NCBI GenBank assembly: GCA_015065075.1
Contig: SVRA01000002.1
Span: 1-63,777 of the forward strand
Length of the DNA: 63,777 nucleotides
Reading direction: 5' to 3'
Origin: Oscillospiraceae bacterium
GTDB lineage: Bacteria; Bacillota; Clostridia; Oscillospirales; CAG-272
The notes under the pieces were generated by a model, which was not told the DNA's origin, searched no databases, and was given only the letters and a program-made list of their open reading frames with translations. The stretch's first letter is position 1; each line of letters begins with the position of its first letter. The position numbers were made by a program, and so were the translations under genes. Shown here piece by piece: positions 8,787 through 18,783 of the stretch.

Positions 8787-8863
8787 TGGTAGCGGGAATT
8801 GGACTTGAACCCATGACCTACCGGGTATGAACCGGTTGCTCTAGCCAACTGAGCTATCCCGCC
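8787..8863 (-). tRNA. tRNA-Met, elongator type (anticodon CAU)
   Basis: The reverse complement is GGCGGGATAGCTCAGTTGGCTAGAGCAACCGGTTCATACCCGGTAGGTCATGGGTTCAAGTCCAATTCCCGCTACCA. It lacks the three G-C pairs of initiator anticodon stems. A tRNA-Ile2 (lysidine) identity cannot be fully excluded. Confidence 0.8.
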
Positions 8864-8894
8864 ATATTTGCCGTTCGTTTGCGAACGCTTAGAT

Positions 8895-8923
8895 ATTATA
8901 CCACAAACGATTTGGCTTGTCAA
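8895..8923 (-). promoter_or_regulatory. sigma-A consensus promoter for the tRNA-Met/tRNA-Glu operon
   Basis: The minus strand reads a perfect TTGACA-N17-TATAAT with a TG extended -10 (TGGTATAAT), about 30 nt upstream of tRNA-Met. Confidence 0.7.
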
Positions 8924-9076
8924 CACTTATTTTAAAAATTCATAAAATTATTATTTTGTTAACACAATGGAAACAAAACCGCGTGGTCATGCCATTTTTT
9001 GAATTACGCTAAAATGGCGTTTTCGGAAGTCTGAGCAAGGCGGTCATTGTTGACCGCCTTGCTTTCATAGATGTCT

Positions 9077-12043
9077 TTAGTATTTAGAAACAGAAGTGAC
9101 TTCTTCTCCGTCAAGCACACGCTGTGCATCGGCAATTATTTTATCGATATAACTTCTGAGCACGTAAAAGCTTCCGTATGCTTTTTCAGAATCAGATACG
9201 TATTCTCCGCTCTCCTCATCGTAAGATATTGATTCGATCGTAATATAAGACTTTCTTTCGGTGTACTGATAGAATCTGTATACTGTGTTTCTTTCGTTTC
9301 CGTAAAGGTCCTTGCCGTAGATGGTGATCACAGCCTGGCACTTGGAATCGTCGAGCGCGCGGAACGCTGCCATTTCTTCTTCGCTAAGCTCTGCCATGCC
9401 CTCGAGAGATGCATAAAGCAAAGAGCCGTAAACCTGCTGGAAGTTTTTCATCGCTGAATATACCACTTCTCTTCCTGCCGAGTTGGTCGCGTTTATAGTA
9501 TAATCAAGCAACTTCCCGTTAGCGATTACTTTAGCAACGTAGGTCTCGTTGGATGCCAGAGTAACCACACCCCAGCTTCCCGTTTCCTCATTTACTACTA
9601 TAATATTTCCACCCTCGGTCACATAGTACGAGCCCGTGTTCCAAACGCCGATGGTACATTCCTTATAGGTTGCCTTTGCCCATGCCTTTTTGCTGCTGTC
9701 ATACGCCTGGATAGTACCATTTTCCTCGTTGTATTGAAGTTTTTTCTCGCTAAGCGGATAATAGGTCTCGGGATATCTGGTCAGATTTCCGTTGCTGCCG
9801 TATTTTGCTTCGATCTCAACCGCGCTTTTTGCCAGCAGACTTGTCTTGCTATCCGCAAAATAAATTCCGCTTGAGAGATCATCCAGAATGCTCCACTCTC
9901 CCGTTTTTGAGTTGACGAGCATATATTTTCCATCAACGGTTACGAAAACGTTTCCTGTTGCCCAGTTTCCTCTGTTGTGGCTTGCGTATTTTTTGTTCAA
10001 TTCTTTTCCGACGTGGGAGTTTTTGGAGGTCATATACAAATATCCGCTATTGGTAATGAAATAATCGGTTTTCAGATGTGATTTTCCAACTACGACGTCA
10101 GAAGCAAGAACGTTGCCCTCGGCATCAGCCATTGAAACGCCGGCATAGAGATAAAATCCTTTTTCGGCGTCGTACGCGATGTTATAAAAGTAATATGCTG
10201 TGGCGTCGTCTTTTCCATCGTCGTTGATGTCGTAATCGCTGGTTTCAACGAAAAGATATTTATCAGTTTCTGCGACTCCCGGCGAATATACCAAAGGAGT
10301 TATCAGATAATCTCCCGAATAGGTTGCTACAAGATTCTCTCCGTTACACTTAAGAACGTACTTGCCGTCGTCGCCCTTTACGATGCTGTAAACGTTATCC
10401 CCTTCGCTTATTTTGCTACCCGTTCTTTCGGAGTAGATCATATATTTCGATGCAGAGTCTTCTATTACGAAATTTACGTTGAGCTTGGGGGATTCGATAA
10501 CGATTTCGGACACGTGTCCAATATCGAGCTGAATATAGTTGGGACTGTACCATTCTATCTCATCCCATTCAAGAAAATACAAGCTACTTTCCGAGATCCC
10601 GACGATCATATCGTAAAGATCTGAATATGCGTAATAGACACCGTCAGCTGTCTTTTCACTTATCTGAATGAAGTTTTGTGCGATCATGGGATCGCCCTTC
10701 TCGTCGGCAGTGTTGTAATCGAACGATATTACGTAGGTCGGGTCGGCAAGACCGTATTTTTCGAGATCTTCGTTATCGGGTGACAGCTTTATTACCTCCG
10801 TAAATGCCGTGTCGTAGAAATTGTACAGCATATTGGAAATGTTATCACTGTTTATATAATATCCCTCGGCATATTCGAGCTCGGAAACGTATGGCAGATA
10901 CTGATACATTCCCACTCTTTCTTTGAGGGGCACGTAGGAGAAGTGACAAGCCAAAGAACTGTTGGAGTGCATCAACGAGATATAATTTTCCCAGAATTCC
11001 TCGGCATCGATCTCGCCCATGTTGTCCACGTTGGTGCCGTATATCGCTTCAAGCCCAAGCTGGATCGCTTCGTGGTCGATATTGCGGTATATGATGAAAT
11101 CTGAAACGTCGAAATGCGTATTCAACCCCATAGGATACACGATTGTGGGTGTTATCATGGACTCTATGCCCTTTAGCACCGTGTTATCCAGACCGTAAGA
11201 TGTGAGAACGTATATAGTTTCTCTTCCCTCGTACAACGCGTAGTATCCCGAGCCGTCAACGGTGGCGTCACCGATGATGACCTTGTGGCTGACGCCTTTC
11301 ATATTGGTTATAACGAACCACGCGGGAGCGTATTCGTACTCCTCACCCGTTTCTTCATCAACTCTGGTTTGGGCAACCAAGCCGTATTCGGAAAGATCTA
11401 CCGAGCCGTCCTCAAGAGTGAGGGGGGATTCAAGTCGCATCGTCGAAAGCGTATATCCGCAGGCTGACGAAAGATATGCGAATTTATTGACATCGTAAGG
11501 TGCGTCCTCGTTTCCGACTATTTCAAAAAAGTTACTTTTTTCGTTAGGTCTTTTGAAGGTGTAAGTGCCGTACTCGTTATGGACCTCGATCGAGCTTATT
11601 ATCTTTGATTTGTCCTTTGTGGAAGATGCGTCGTACGTCCACTGTGGGAACATCAGAACGTATTGAGCGTATCCGATCTCCTCGGTTCCCGATACGTCAA
11701 CGACGGCATAGACCGAGTATTCTCCCGTCTTCGCATCTATTATTACCTGCGTTCCTGCGTCGGTTTGGTAGTATCCCTCTTGGTTTCGGTCCAGAACCTT
11801 GCCGCTTTTATTGCAGAGCATATATTCACCGTCGAATTTTTTGATATAATATTTTGTTCCGTCTACGTCGGGATAAGTATATATTTCGACCAAATAATTT
11901 ACGACGATGAGTGTCAGAACGAGAAGCGCCACGGCAATGATCATCAATACTATTGCCAAGCGTTGCTTTTTCAGTGCGGAACGCTTTTTGATCTTTTTTA
12001 TCGTCGAGTTTTCGACGCTTGTGTTAAGGTTGTTTGTTGACAT
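9077..12043 (-). CDS. large membrane-anchored extracytoplasmic protein, last gene of the GldA/F/G-type ABC operon (DUF4340-like by position only)
   Basis: 988-aa ORF with a basic N-terminus plus one TM helix (LAIVLMIIAVALLVLTLIVVNYLV), 36 nt after the upstream gene. The family assignment is inferred from operon position, not from motifs. Confidence 0.5.
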   Translation of the reverse strand: MSTNNLNTSVENSTIKKIKKRSALKKQRLAIVLMIIAVALLVLTLIVVNYLVEIYTYPDVDGTKYYIKKFDGEYMLCNKSGKVLDRNQEGYYQTDAGTQVIIDAKTGEYSVYAVVDVSGTEEIGYAQYVLMFPQWTYDASSTKDKSKIISSIEVHNEYGTYTFKRPNEKSNFFEIVGNEDAPYDVNKFAYLSSACGYTLSTMRLESPLTLEDGSVDLSEYGLVAQTRVDEETGEEYEYAPAWFVITNMKGVSHKVIIGDATVDGSGYYALYEGRETIYVLTSYGLDNTVLKGIESMITPTIVYPMGLNTHFDVSDFIIYRNIDHEAIQLGLEAIYGTNVDNMGEIDAEEFWENYISLMHSNSSLACHFSYVPLKERVGMYQYLPYVSELEYAEGYYINSDNISNMLYNFYDTAFTEVIKLSPDNEDLEKYGLADPTYVISFDYNTADEKGDPMIAQNFIQISEKTADGVYYAYSDLYDMIVGISESSLYFLEWDEIEWYSPNYIQLDIGHVSEIVIESPKLNVNFVIEDSASKYMIYSERTGSKISEGDNVYSIVKGDDGKYVLKCNGENLVATYSGDYLITPLVYSPGVAETDKYLFVETSDYDINDDGKDDATAYYFYNIAYDAEKGFYLYAGVSMADAEGNVLASDVVVGKSHLKTDYFITNSGYLYMTSKNSHVGKELNKKYASHNRGNWATGNVFVTVDGKYMLVNSKTGEWSILDDLSSGIYFADSKTSLLAKSAVEIEAKYGSNGNLTRYPETYYPLSEKKLQYNEENGTIQAYDSSKKAWAKATYKECTIGVWNTGSYYVTEGGNIIVVNEETGSWGVVTLASNETYVAKVIANGKLLDYTINATNSAGREVVYSAMKNFQQVYGSLLYASLEGMAELSEEEMAAFRALDDSKCQAVITIYGKDLYGNERNTVYRFYQYTERKSYITIESISYDEESGEYVSDSEKAYGSFYVLRSYIDKIIADAQRVLDGEEVTSVSKY

Positions 12044-12079
12044 AATTTATAATTCCTGATTGGAAAATTTTTGCGTTTA

Positions 12080-13807
12080 TTATCTGTATTTTCTGCGAAT
12101 TGTTATAACGACTCCCGCAGAGAAGACAAGAACAGGAGGAATCAGCACAAGGCAATACAGCCAAGCCGACGTATTACAATCTTTGTATGCTGCCTCGTCC
12201 TTGATCTCGTAAACGTAGAGACCCTTGAGCGAAAGATTGGTCGCAACCGTTTCGTTGCCCGTGTTTCTCAATGCTGATAAAAGAACGTCGGTATTGCCGT
12301 ACGACTTAGAATCAAGAACTTCGTTAGTCAGAAACTCTGTGGAAGCCAGAGCCAAAACGTACGAGGACTTCGTGACGCTTGTAAGATTGGTCTCCTGAAG
12401 TTGCTTGGTCTCCTGCGATATAGTCATAAGCTTGAAGAGGTTAGAATCTGTGGCGATCTCATATACCTCTCCGTTCGTTAATGCGGACGCGGTGTTATAG
12501 GTCGTGAAAATGTCTAGCATAGTACGGACTACTCCGTTTTTATAGTAGCTATAGTACACGTATTCGTCTGTGGTTTCGGTTGCTGCGGCATATCTTCTGA
12601 CGTAGTTGTCGGCAGGAGCGATAGCCGTGCTGTTTCCGAAAATGACCTTTGTGGGATAAGCGCTCTTTCTCATATCCTCGGTCAGAGTTGCGCCGAGGCC
12701 TGCGGTGGCGTAATTTCCGACGACCACGCTTCCAACGCCTCCGTTGGTGCAGTTTATCTGATCCTCGATGACGTAATTCTCAGAGTTCTCGTCTCTGTTT
12801 ACGCTGACGCCCCACTCCTCAAGATATTCCTCGAGACTGGGAAGCTTCGGCGTGTCGGGGTTACAAATAAAGAAGAATGATTTCGATTGGTCGAGATATT
12901 TATCAAGCTTTTCTATCTCGGATACTTCTCCCTCGTCGAGCTCTCCGAAAGCCTTGTAATCCTCGGAAGGATCAAAGGTGATTATCATTCTGCAATTTTC
13001 GGGGATATCCTCGTTCTCAAGATCCAGGATCTGTACGGTATATCCCGCGCTCTCGATCAACGAGATGAACGTTGAATATTCTTCCTTGACGTTTCCGTTG
13101 CCGTCAAACAAAGATTCTCCGTGGTTGGAGGTAATACAGCATATAGGTGACTCAACTCTCGTGACCGACATTATCATAGCCGTCAATCTCTGTTCGCCGT
13201 TGTAAGCCCAAGGCTTGTCTGCAGTTGATTCGGTATAATAAAAGGAGTTTACTCCCTGAACGAGATATTCCGAGCCGAATTCAACTATAACGTCGGAATT
13301 ATATAAGGTTGCCGCCGAGTTGACCTTGTATTTCTGAACCGACGACGGATTTGTGGATATATCTATATACTGCACGCTGACGTGATCGGGAAATCTTTTC
13401 GCAATAGCGCGCGCGGTATAGCTTACGTATCTCGTAAGCTCGTTGTCCTCGAGGACGTCTCTGTCGGAGCAGAATACGATATTGAGCTTTATCGGATCCT
13501 CTCCTCTCGCAGCTCGCTCCTCGTTGGTCTGATCTATCATGGGAATGACGCGATCAGCGATCATATCCTTGCAATCATCCGACAAGGTGTACATATTTGT
13601 TTTGCCGCTTTTGTAAAGTGTCTGGCTTAAGTCTATATAAAACATCTGCCTGTCGCCGATCACGGAGAACAGTATATTGAAAACAACCACAGCCAAAAGC
13701 ACGACCGCGGTGATCACGGTCAATTTTTTTGGACTTTTGCGGATATATATTGCCTCGCTGTCGGCAGAAAGTTGAGAATTATCAGCTTTTTCTTGCTTGT
13801 TTATCAT
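12080..13807 (-). CDS. GldG-like ABC-transport auxiliary component, paralog 2
   Basis: 575 aa with N- and C-terminal TM helices around a large soluble domain. It is paralogous to 13842-15407: KLNIVFCSD / KITVIFCDE, AYNGEQRL / AYNGEKVL, SNHGES / ANHGEA, LDLENEDIPENC..TFDP / LDLSTEDIPEDC..TFDP. Confidence 0.6.
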   Translation of the reverse strand: MINKQEKADNSQLSADSEAIYIRKSPKKLTVITAVVLLAVVVFNILFSVIGDRQMFYIDLSQTLYKSGKTNMYTLSDDCKDMIADRVIPMIDQTNEERAARGEDPIKLNIVFCSDRDVLEDNELTRYVSYTARAIAKRFPDHVSVQYIDISTNPSSVQKYKVNSAATLYNSDVIVEFGSEYLVQGVNSFYYTESTADKPWAYNGEQRLTAMIMSVTRVESPICCITSNHGESLFDGNGNVKEEYSTFISLIESAGYTVQILDLENEDIPENCRMIITFDPSEDYKAFGELDEGEVSEIEKLDKYLDQSKSFFFICNPDTPKLPSLEEYLEEWGVSVNRDENSENYVIEDQINCTNGGVGSVVVGNYATAGLGATLTEDMRKSAYPTKVIFGNSTAIAPADNYVRRYAAATETTDEYVYYSYYKNGVVRTMLDIFTTYNTASALTNGEVYEIATDSNLFKLMTISQETKQLQETNLTSVTKSSYVLALASTEFLTNEVLDSKSYGNTDVLLSALRNTGNETVATNLSLKGLYVYEIKDEAAYKDCNTSAWLYCLVLIPPVLVFSAGVVITIRRKYR

Positions 13808-13841
13808 ATATCGTCCTCCTTTCCGTTGGACTTGCGAATTA

Positions 13842-15407
13842 TCATAAATATCTTCTCCTTACAAGAACGAAGATGCCCACGCCCGCGCAAACGACGGCAG
13901 GGATGACTGTCAGCAGCACGGTAAGGGTGTTTGCCTGACTTGTCGGCAGGCTTTCAATATCGGTATTTCCAAACGATTTGGCCGTCATATTAACGGGGGC
14001 TTTATCCATGCCCATATATCTGAAAATGTAGGTCAGAGTCGAGTTGTTCGAGAGCGCTGCGGATTTCAGTGCGCCTTGCTTGGCAAACTCGGTAGATGCC
14101 GAAGCGACAAGACAAGCCTGCTCGCTGTTTTCGCAATTCTGCGTGGCGATCGCCATCAATACGAAGGGATCCTCTGCGGCTCTTGCCACTGCTCTGCCGC
14201 CTGCCCACGCCTCAGCGGAGGAGTGTGAGGTCATCAGAGCGCTTACGGTTCTCTTTTTATTTTCAACGGTTTTTATATAGTTGCCCTTGCCGTCGAACTC
14301 AAATCCGTCTGCAAAGTCGATACAGGTCGTATTTCCGAAAGCACTCGACGCGCCGATTTCGGACAAGATTTCCGCGCCGATTCCCTCGCCTGCTTTCTCG
14401 GCAAGAACGGTATAACCGTCAACCGACAAGGAATGACTCGGGTCTTTGATCATATAGCAATCTTCGATCCCGTCCGATCCCGTTTCGTGCTTATACGTGA
14501 TTCCCCAATCTGCCATAAAGGCCTCAAGGTTAGCTCTGCCGCCCGACACGAACGTGTCCGCGGACAGGAAGATCATATATTTTCCGCCCGCGTTCATATA
14601 TTCGTTCAGCTTGTCCACCTCGGATATTGCCGAGATGCTGTCAGAAACGATAAGATCCTGCTTGGGATCAAAGGTGACGAGAAGGTCGCAATCCTCGGGG
14701 ATATCTTCGGTCGAAAGGTCGAGGTAGCTGATCGCATACCCTGCCTCTATCACCGTTCTCAAGAGCTCATAATCATCCATAGCCTCACCGTGATTTGCGG
14801 TGAAATAGCACATAGGAGTGTTTTCCTGGGTAACGAGCATAAGGCTCGATGCAAGCACCTTTTCTCCATTGTAAGCAGAGATTTCCGTAGAATTGTACGA
14901 ATCAAGAATATAAAAATCGGTAAGACTGATCGCTTTGTAATTTCCGTTGAAGGCACATACCACGTCGGTGGTTGCCGTGACTCCGTATGCGCGAGCCAAC
15001 GACGGATTTTCCCAAATGTTCAGAAATTCGATCTCTATATATCCTTCAAACATTTCCGAGAGCTCGCGAACCGATTCGAGAACGTATTTTTGTGTGGTCT
15101 CTGCAACGACGTTTTCTTCCTCGTCGCAGAAAATGACCGTTATTTTCTCGGGCTTCTGCCCATTTGCCTCAAGCTGCTTGTTCGTTTCGCTCACTGCGGG
15201 AATGACGTACTCTCCGACATAGTCCTCGCATGTTTCGCTGATGTTGTACACGAAAGAAAGGTTCATGTTCTTGTACATCCACTCGTAGCGAGCCGCTAAG
15301 GTTGCCGTGATCACGTTTATTATGACTACAACGGCCAATGCGAGCAAGGTCACTATCGTTGCAACGCTTCCGTATCGCAGCTTTCGGCTTTTGATAAATT
15401 TTTTCAT
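13842..15407 (-). CDS. GldG-like ABC-transport auxiliary component, paralog 1
   Basis: 521 aa with the same architecture and shared motifs as 12080-13807. It directly follows the ABC-2 permease. Confidence 0.6.
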   Translation of the reverse strand: MKKFIKSRKLRYGSVATIVTLLALAVVVIINVITATLAARYEWMYKNMNLSFVYNISETCEDYVGEYVIPAVSETNKQLEANGQKPEKITVIFCDEEENVVAETTQKYVLESVRELSEMFEGYIEIEFLNIWENPSLARAYGVTATTDVVCAFNGNYKAISLTDFYILDSYNSTEISAYNGEKVLASSLMLVTQENTPMCYFTANHGEAMDDYELLRTVIEAGYAISYLDLSTEDIPEDCDLLVTFDPKQDLIVSDSISAISEVDKLNEYMNAGGKYMIFLSADTFVSGGRANLEAFMADWGITYKHETGSDGIEDCYMIKDPSHSLSVDGYTVLAEKAGEGIGAEILSEIGASSAFGNTTCIDFADGFEFDGKGNYIKTVENKKRTVSALMTSHSSAEAWAGGRAVARAAEDPFVLMAIATQNCENSEQACLVASASTEFAKQGALKSAALSNNSTLTYIFRYMGMDKAPVNMTAKSFGNTDIESLPTSQANTLTVLLTVIPAVVCAGVGIFVLVRRRYL

Positions 15408-15434
15408 CTAAATTACCTCAAACAAACGACAACG

Positions 15435-16181
15435 TCAATTCCAACGGCGTTTTTCATAAACGCGGACGGTAAGGAAAAGAAATACGAACGTAAGCGACAA
15501 GTAATATACGACTGCCGCAATATCAAACACCCCGTTTGACAAATTTGAGAATCTGCCGAGCACAGAGATCCAGTTGAGCGCGGTTCTGATCCATACTACA
15601 GGAACGAACGAAGAAATAAGGCTTGTGAATATCAGTCCGAATATTGCCGCCATTGTAATTATCGCTGCCGCAAGCTGATTTTCGGTAAGCGTGGAGACGA
15701 GTGTTCCAAGAGCGATAAAGGCCGCGCCGATAAGTATGATCGCGATCATGCTTCCGACGATCTGCGCGGTTACGGGACCCACGTAAGTGGTAGAATATGA
15801 CAAATTACCTCTTTCAGCTGCCGCTATCACGTACAAAGGGATGAAATTTATGCAGGAAACCAGCATACAACCGAAAAACATTGTAAACGCCGCGAAAAAC
15901 TTACCAAGCACCATTCCCGTCAGAGAAATGGGAGCGGTCAGAAGCAACTGCTCAGTGCGCAGCTTCTTCTCTTCTGCAAAAAGACGCATAGTGAGCAAAG
16001 GAAGCAAAAGCACCAAAACGAATATCATCAAAAGGAAATACGATGACGTGTCGTAGGTTTTTGAAAGAAAAGTCGTGTATGAGAAAAGAAGCGCGGAGAC
16101 CGCGAGAAAAATTCCCACGAAAACAAATCCGAGCGGATTTGTGAAATAAGAGCGCAATTCTTTTTTATAAATAGCAAGCAT
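15435..16181 (-). CDS. ABC-2 type permease (GldF-like)
   Basis: 248 aa with ~6 TM segments. The opening MLAIYKKELRSYFTNPLGFVF is typical of ABC-2 permeases. Confidence 0.8.
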   Translation of the reverse strand: MLAIYKKELRSYFTNPLGFVFVGIFLAVSALLFSYTTFLSKTYDTSSYFLLMIFVLVLLLPLLTMRLFAEEKKLRTEQLLLTAPISLTGMVLGKFFAAFTMFFGCMLVSCINFIPLYVIAAAERGNLSYSTTYVGPVTAQIVGSMIAIILIGAAFIALGTLVSTLTENQLAAAIITMAAIFGLIFTSLISSFVPVVWIRTALNWISVLGRFSNLSNGVFDIAAVVYYLSLTFVFLFLTVRVYEKRRWN

Positions 16182-16205
16182 GATTTTTGCCCTTTCAGTT
16201 GATTT

Positions 16206-17306
16206 TTACAGATCCTCGTCAGATACTTCCTCTGCTGCCTCTGCTCTTTTTTGCTCGGCATCCTTTACGAGAGTATCTGCGAGGTCGTTTTCGAGAGTGT
16301 TTCTTGTGCGTCTGGATCGCTTTTGTGCGCTTGATTTATTGCGCTTTCCTGACTCGGCGACAGGATTGTCCTCTTCGGTCTTGTTTACTACGGTTATAAA
16401 GATGTCCTCAAGGCTCATTCCCAAGGATTCAAGTCCGATCATTGCCCAATCGTGCTCGGCGACCGTGTAGAAAAGCTTTTTGCGGACGTCAACTCCGAAT
16501 TCGCTCTCTACCATATACGTACAAGCGTCTCCGTCCTTCTGCGCGAGGAGCTCGGCGTACGAAACTCCCGGAATACTCTTTATCGTGTCGAGGACCTCTC
16601 TTTGAGGACCGCAGATCTTGACGTTGAATCTTCTGTTTCCTTCGACGACTCGGGTGATGTTCTCGGTCTTCTCGTCGGCGACGATCTTGCCCTTGTTGAT
16701 AATGATTATACGGTCACAGACCGCCTGAACCTCTTGCAGAATATGAGTAGACAGAAGAACGGTATGATCCTTTCCGAGTGAACGGATCAGGCTTCTGATC
16801 TCAATTATCTGCTTGGGGTCAAGTCCCACGGTGGGCTCGTCGAATATGATAACGGGCGGATTGCCGATAAGAGCCTGCGCGACACCGACTCTCTGTCTGT
16901 ATCCCTTTGAAAGATTGCGGATAAGTCTCTTTCTGACGTGCGAGATCTTAACCACCTCGCAAATTTCTGCCAGATGAGGCTCGCGCTCAAGCGTACAGCC
17001 CTTGAGCTCGTAATTGAACTTAAGGTATTCGTCGACCGTCATATCGAGATATACGGGAGGCTGCTCGGGAAGATATCCGATAAGCCTTTTTGCTCCGATG
17101 GGGTCGGCGAGGATGTCTATTCCGTCGATTGAAACTCTGCCTGCCGATGCCGACAGATATCCTGTCAGGATGTTCATTGTCGTACTCTTTCCGGCTCCGT
17201 TCGGACCGAGAAAGCCGACAGTCTCTCCCTTTTCAATCTCAAAGCTTATGTCGTCCACGGCGCAATTGGAGCCGTAGTTTTTGGTTAACCGTTCGATTTT
17301 AATCAT
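16206..17306 (-). CDS. ABC transporter ATP-binding protein (GldA-like) with a charged C-terminal tail
   Basis: Walker A GPNGAGKST, signature LSKGYRQR, Walker B IIFDEPTVGLD, plus a ~55-aa K/R/E/D-rich tail. Confidence 0.9.
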   Translation of the reverse strand: MIKIERLTKNYGSNCAVDDISFEIEKGETVGFLGPNGAGKSTTMNILTGYLSASAGRVSIDGIDILADPIGAKRLIGYLPEQPPVYLDMTVDEYLKFNYELKGCTLEREPHLAEICEVVKISHVRKRLIRNLSKGYRQRVGVAQALIGNPPVIIFDEPTVGLDPKQIIEIRSLIRSLGKDHTVLLSTHILQEVQAVCDRIIIINKGKIVADEKTENITRVVEGNRRFNVKICGPQREVLDTIKSIPGVSYAELLAQKDGDACTYMVESEFGVDVRKKLFYTVAEHDWAMIGLESLGMSLEDIFITVVNKTEEDNPVAESGKRNKSSAQKRSRRTRNTLENDLADTLVKDAEQKRAEAAEEVSDEDL

Positions 17307-17472
17307 CAGATTCTGACCGTTCCTTTTACAGTTTAATTAAATCAAAGTAAGCATACATATTGCATTATAACACCGATTTGTAAACTACCAATGAACACAT
17401 ACTCAAAAAAGGCGTACAAACCTTGATTTTTGTGTGTGCTTCGGGTGTTTTTTGATATTTGGCGCAAACCAC

Positions 17473-17501
17473 TTGACGAGGCGAGGTTTTTTTGATAAAA
17501 T
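17473..17501 (+). promoter_or_regulatory. sigma-A type promoter for ahcY
   Basis: TTGACG-N17-TAAAAT, ~40 nt upstream of the ahcY ATG. Confidence 0.5.
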
Positions 17502-17541
17502 AGTATTTGTGAAAATATGCACTTATAAGTAGGAGACGATT

Positions 17542-18783
17542 ATGAGCAATATCAAGGATATAAGCCTCTGGGAGTCGGGCAGAGATAAGATTGAATGGGT
17601 GCGTTCCTATATGCCCCTGCTCTCTACCATTGAGGAGGAATTCAAAAAAACACAGCCATTTGCGGGACTCAAGATCTCGATGTCTATCCATCTTGAAGCG
17701 AAGACTGCAAATCTTGCAAAGATCTTGCGCGCAGGCGGTGCGCAGGTGCGCGTTACGGGATGCAATCCCCTGTCCACTCAGGACGACGTTGCGGCGGCTC
17801 TTGTCCACGAGGGCTTTGAGGTAAACGCGATACACGGAACCGATGCGGAGGGATATACAAGGGATCTTATAAATACGATCTCGTTTGCCCCCGATCTTCT
17901 GATCGACGACGGCGGAGATCTTATGAGTCTTCTGCACGGCGAATACCGCGAATACGGCAAAAATCTCATCGGCGGCTGCGAGGAGACGACTACCGGAGTT
18001 CACAGACTGATCGCACGAGAGAAGGTAGGTCTACTTGACTACACAATGATCGACGTAAACGACGCCGATTGCAAACATTTGTTCGACAACAGATACGGCA
18101 CGGGACAGTCTACTCTCGACGGCATCATGAACGCTACAAACCTTATGATAGCAGGAAAAACCTTTGTTATCGCAGGCTACGGCTGGTGCGGAAAGGGTCT
18201 TGCGATGAGAGCCAAGGGCATGGGTGCGGTGGTCGTGATCACCGAGATCGATCCCATCAAGGCGATCGAGGCAGTAATGGACGGATTTACGGTAATGCCT
18301 ATGGATGAGGCGGCGAAGATAGGTGACATTTTCGTCACTCTTACGGGATGCGCCGACGTCATTACCGACAAGCATTTCTCTGTTATGAAGGACGGTGTTT
18401 TGCTTGCCAACAGCGGTCATTTTGACGTGGAGATCAATAAAAACCAGCTTGAAGAAATGTCGGTCCGCACGTGGGACAGAAAGCCCAACATAAAGGGCTA
18501 CGAAATGGCGGACGGCAGAATAATAAATCTGCTTGCGGAGGGTCGACTTGTCAATCTTGCCGCAGGAAACGGTCACCCTGCCGAGATTATGGACATGAGC
18601 TTTGCAATTCAGGCAAAATCGCTTGAATATCTTGCAAAAAACCGCGGAAGGCTCGAAAAGAAGCTTTACGCCGTGCCTGCGGAGACCGATCGCGCGGTCG
18701 CACAGCTCAAGCTTAAGACGATGAATATTGAGATAGACAAGCTTACCGCTGAGCAAGAAAGCTATCTTTCTAAGGTGGACTGA
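17542..18783 (+). CDS. ahcY: adenosylhomocysteinase (short, ~410-aa type)
   Basis: 413 aa with the motifs CNPLSTQDDVAAAL, EETTTGV and the NAD fold GYGWCGKG. Confidence 0.95.
   Translation: MSNIKDISLWESGRDKIEWVRSYMPLLSTIEEEFKKTQPFAGLKISMSIHLEAKTANLAKILRAGGAQVRVTGCNPLSTQDDVAAALVHEGFEVNAIHGTDAEGYTRDLINTISFAPDLLIDDGGDLMSLLHGEYREYGKNLIGGCEETTTGVHRLIAREKVGLLDYTMIDVNDADCKHLFDNRYGTGQSTLDGIMNATNLMIAGKTFVIAGYGWCGKGLAMRAKGMGAVVVITEIDPIKAIEAVMDGFTVMPMDEAAKIGDIFVTLTGCADVITDKHFSVMKDGVLLANSGHFDVEINKNQLEEMSVRTWDRKPNIKGYEMADGRIINLLAEGRLVNLAAGNGHPAEIMDMSFAIQAKSLEYLAKNRGRLEKKLYAVPAETDRAVAQLKLKTMNIEIDKLTAEQESYLSKVD

Noticed and set aside
8290-8926. The ORFs at 8290-8487(-) and 8729-8926(-).
   Set aside because: The first is made of the intergenic hairpin repeats. 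The second overlaps tRNA-Glu, tRNA-Met and their promoter.
17307-17541. A SAH or SAM riboswitch upstream of ahcY.
   Set aside because: The predicted promoter leaves only ~40 nt of leader, and no conserved riboswitch core is visible.
17365-18003. A 212-aa minus-strand ORF spanning the ahcY promoter and 5' end.
   Set aside because: It overlaps the high-confidence ahcY gene and its promoter, and has no motif or RBS.
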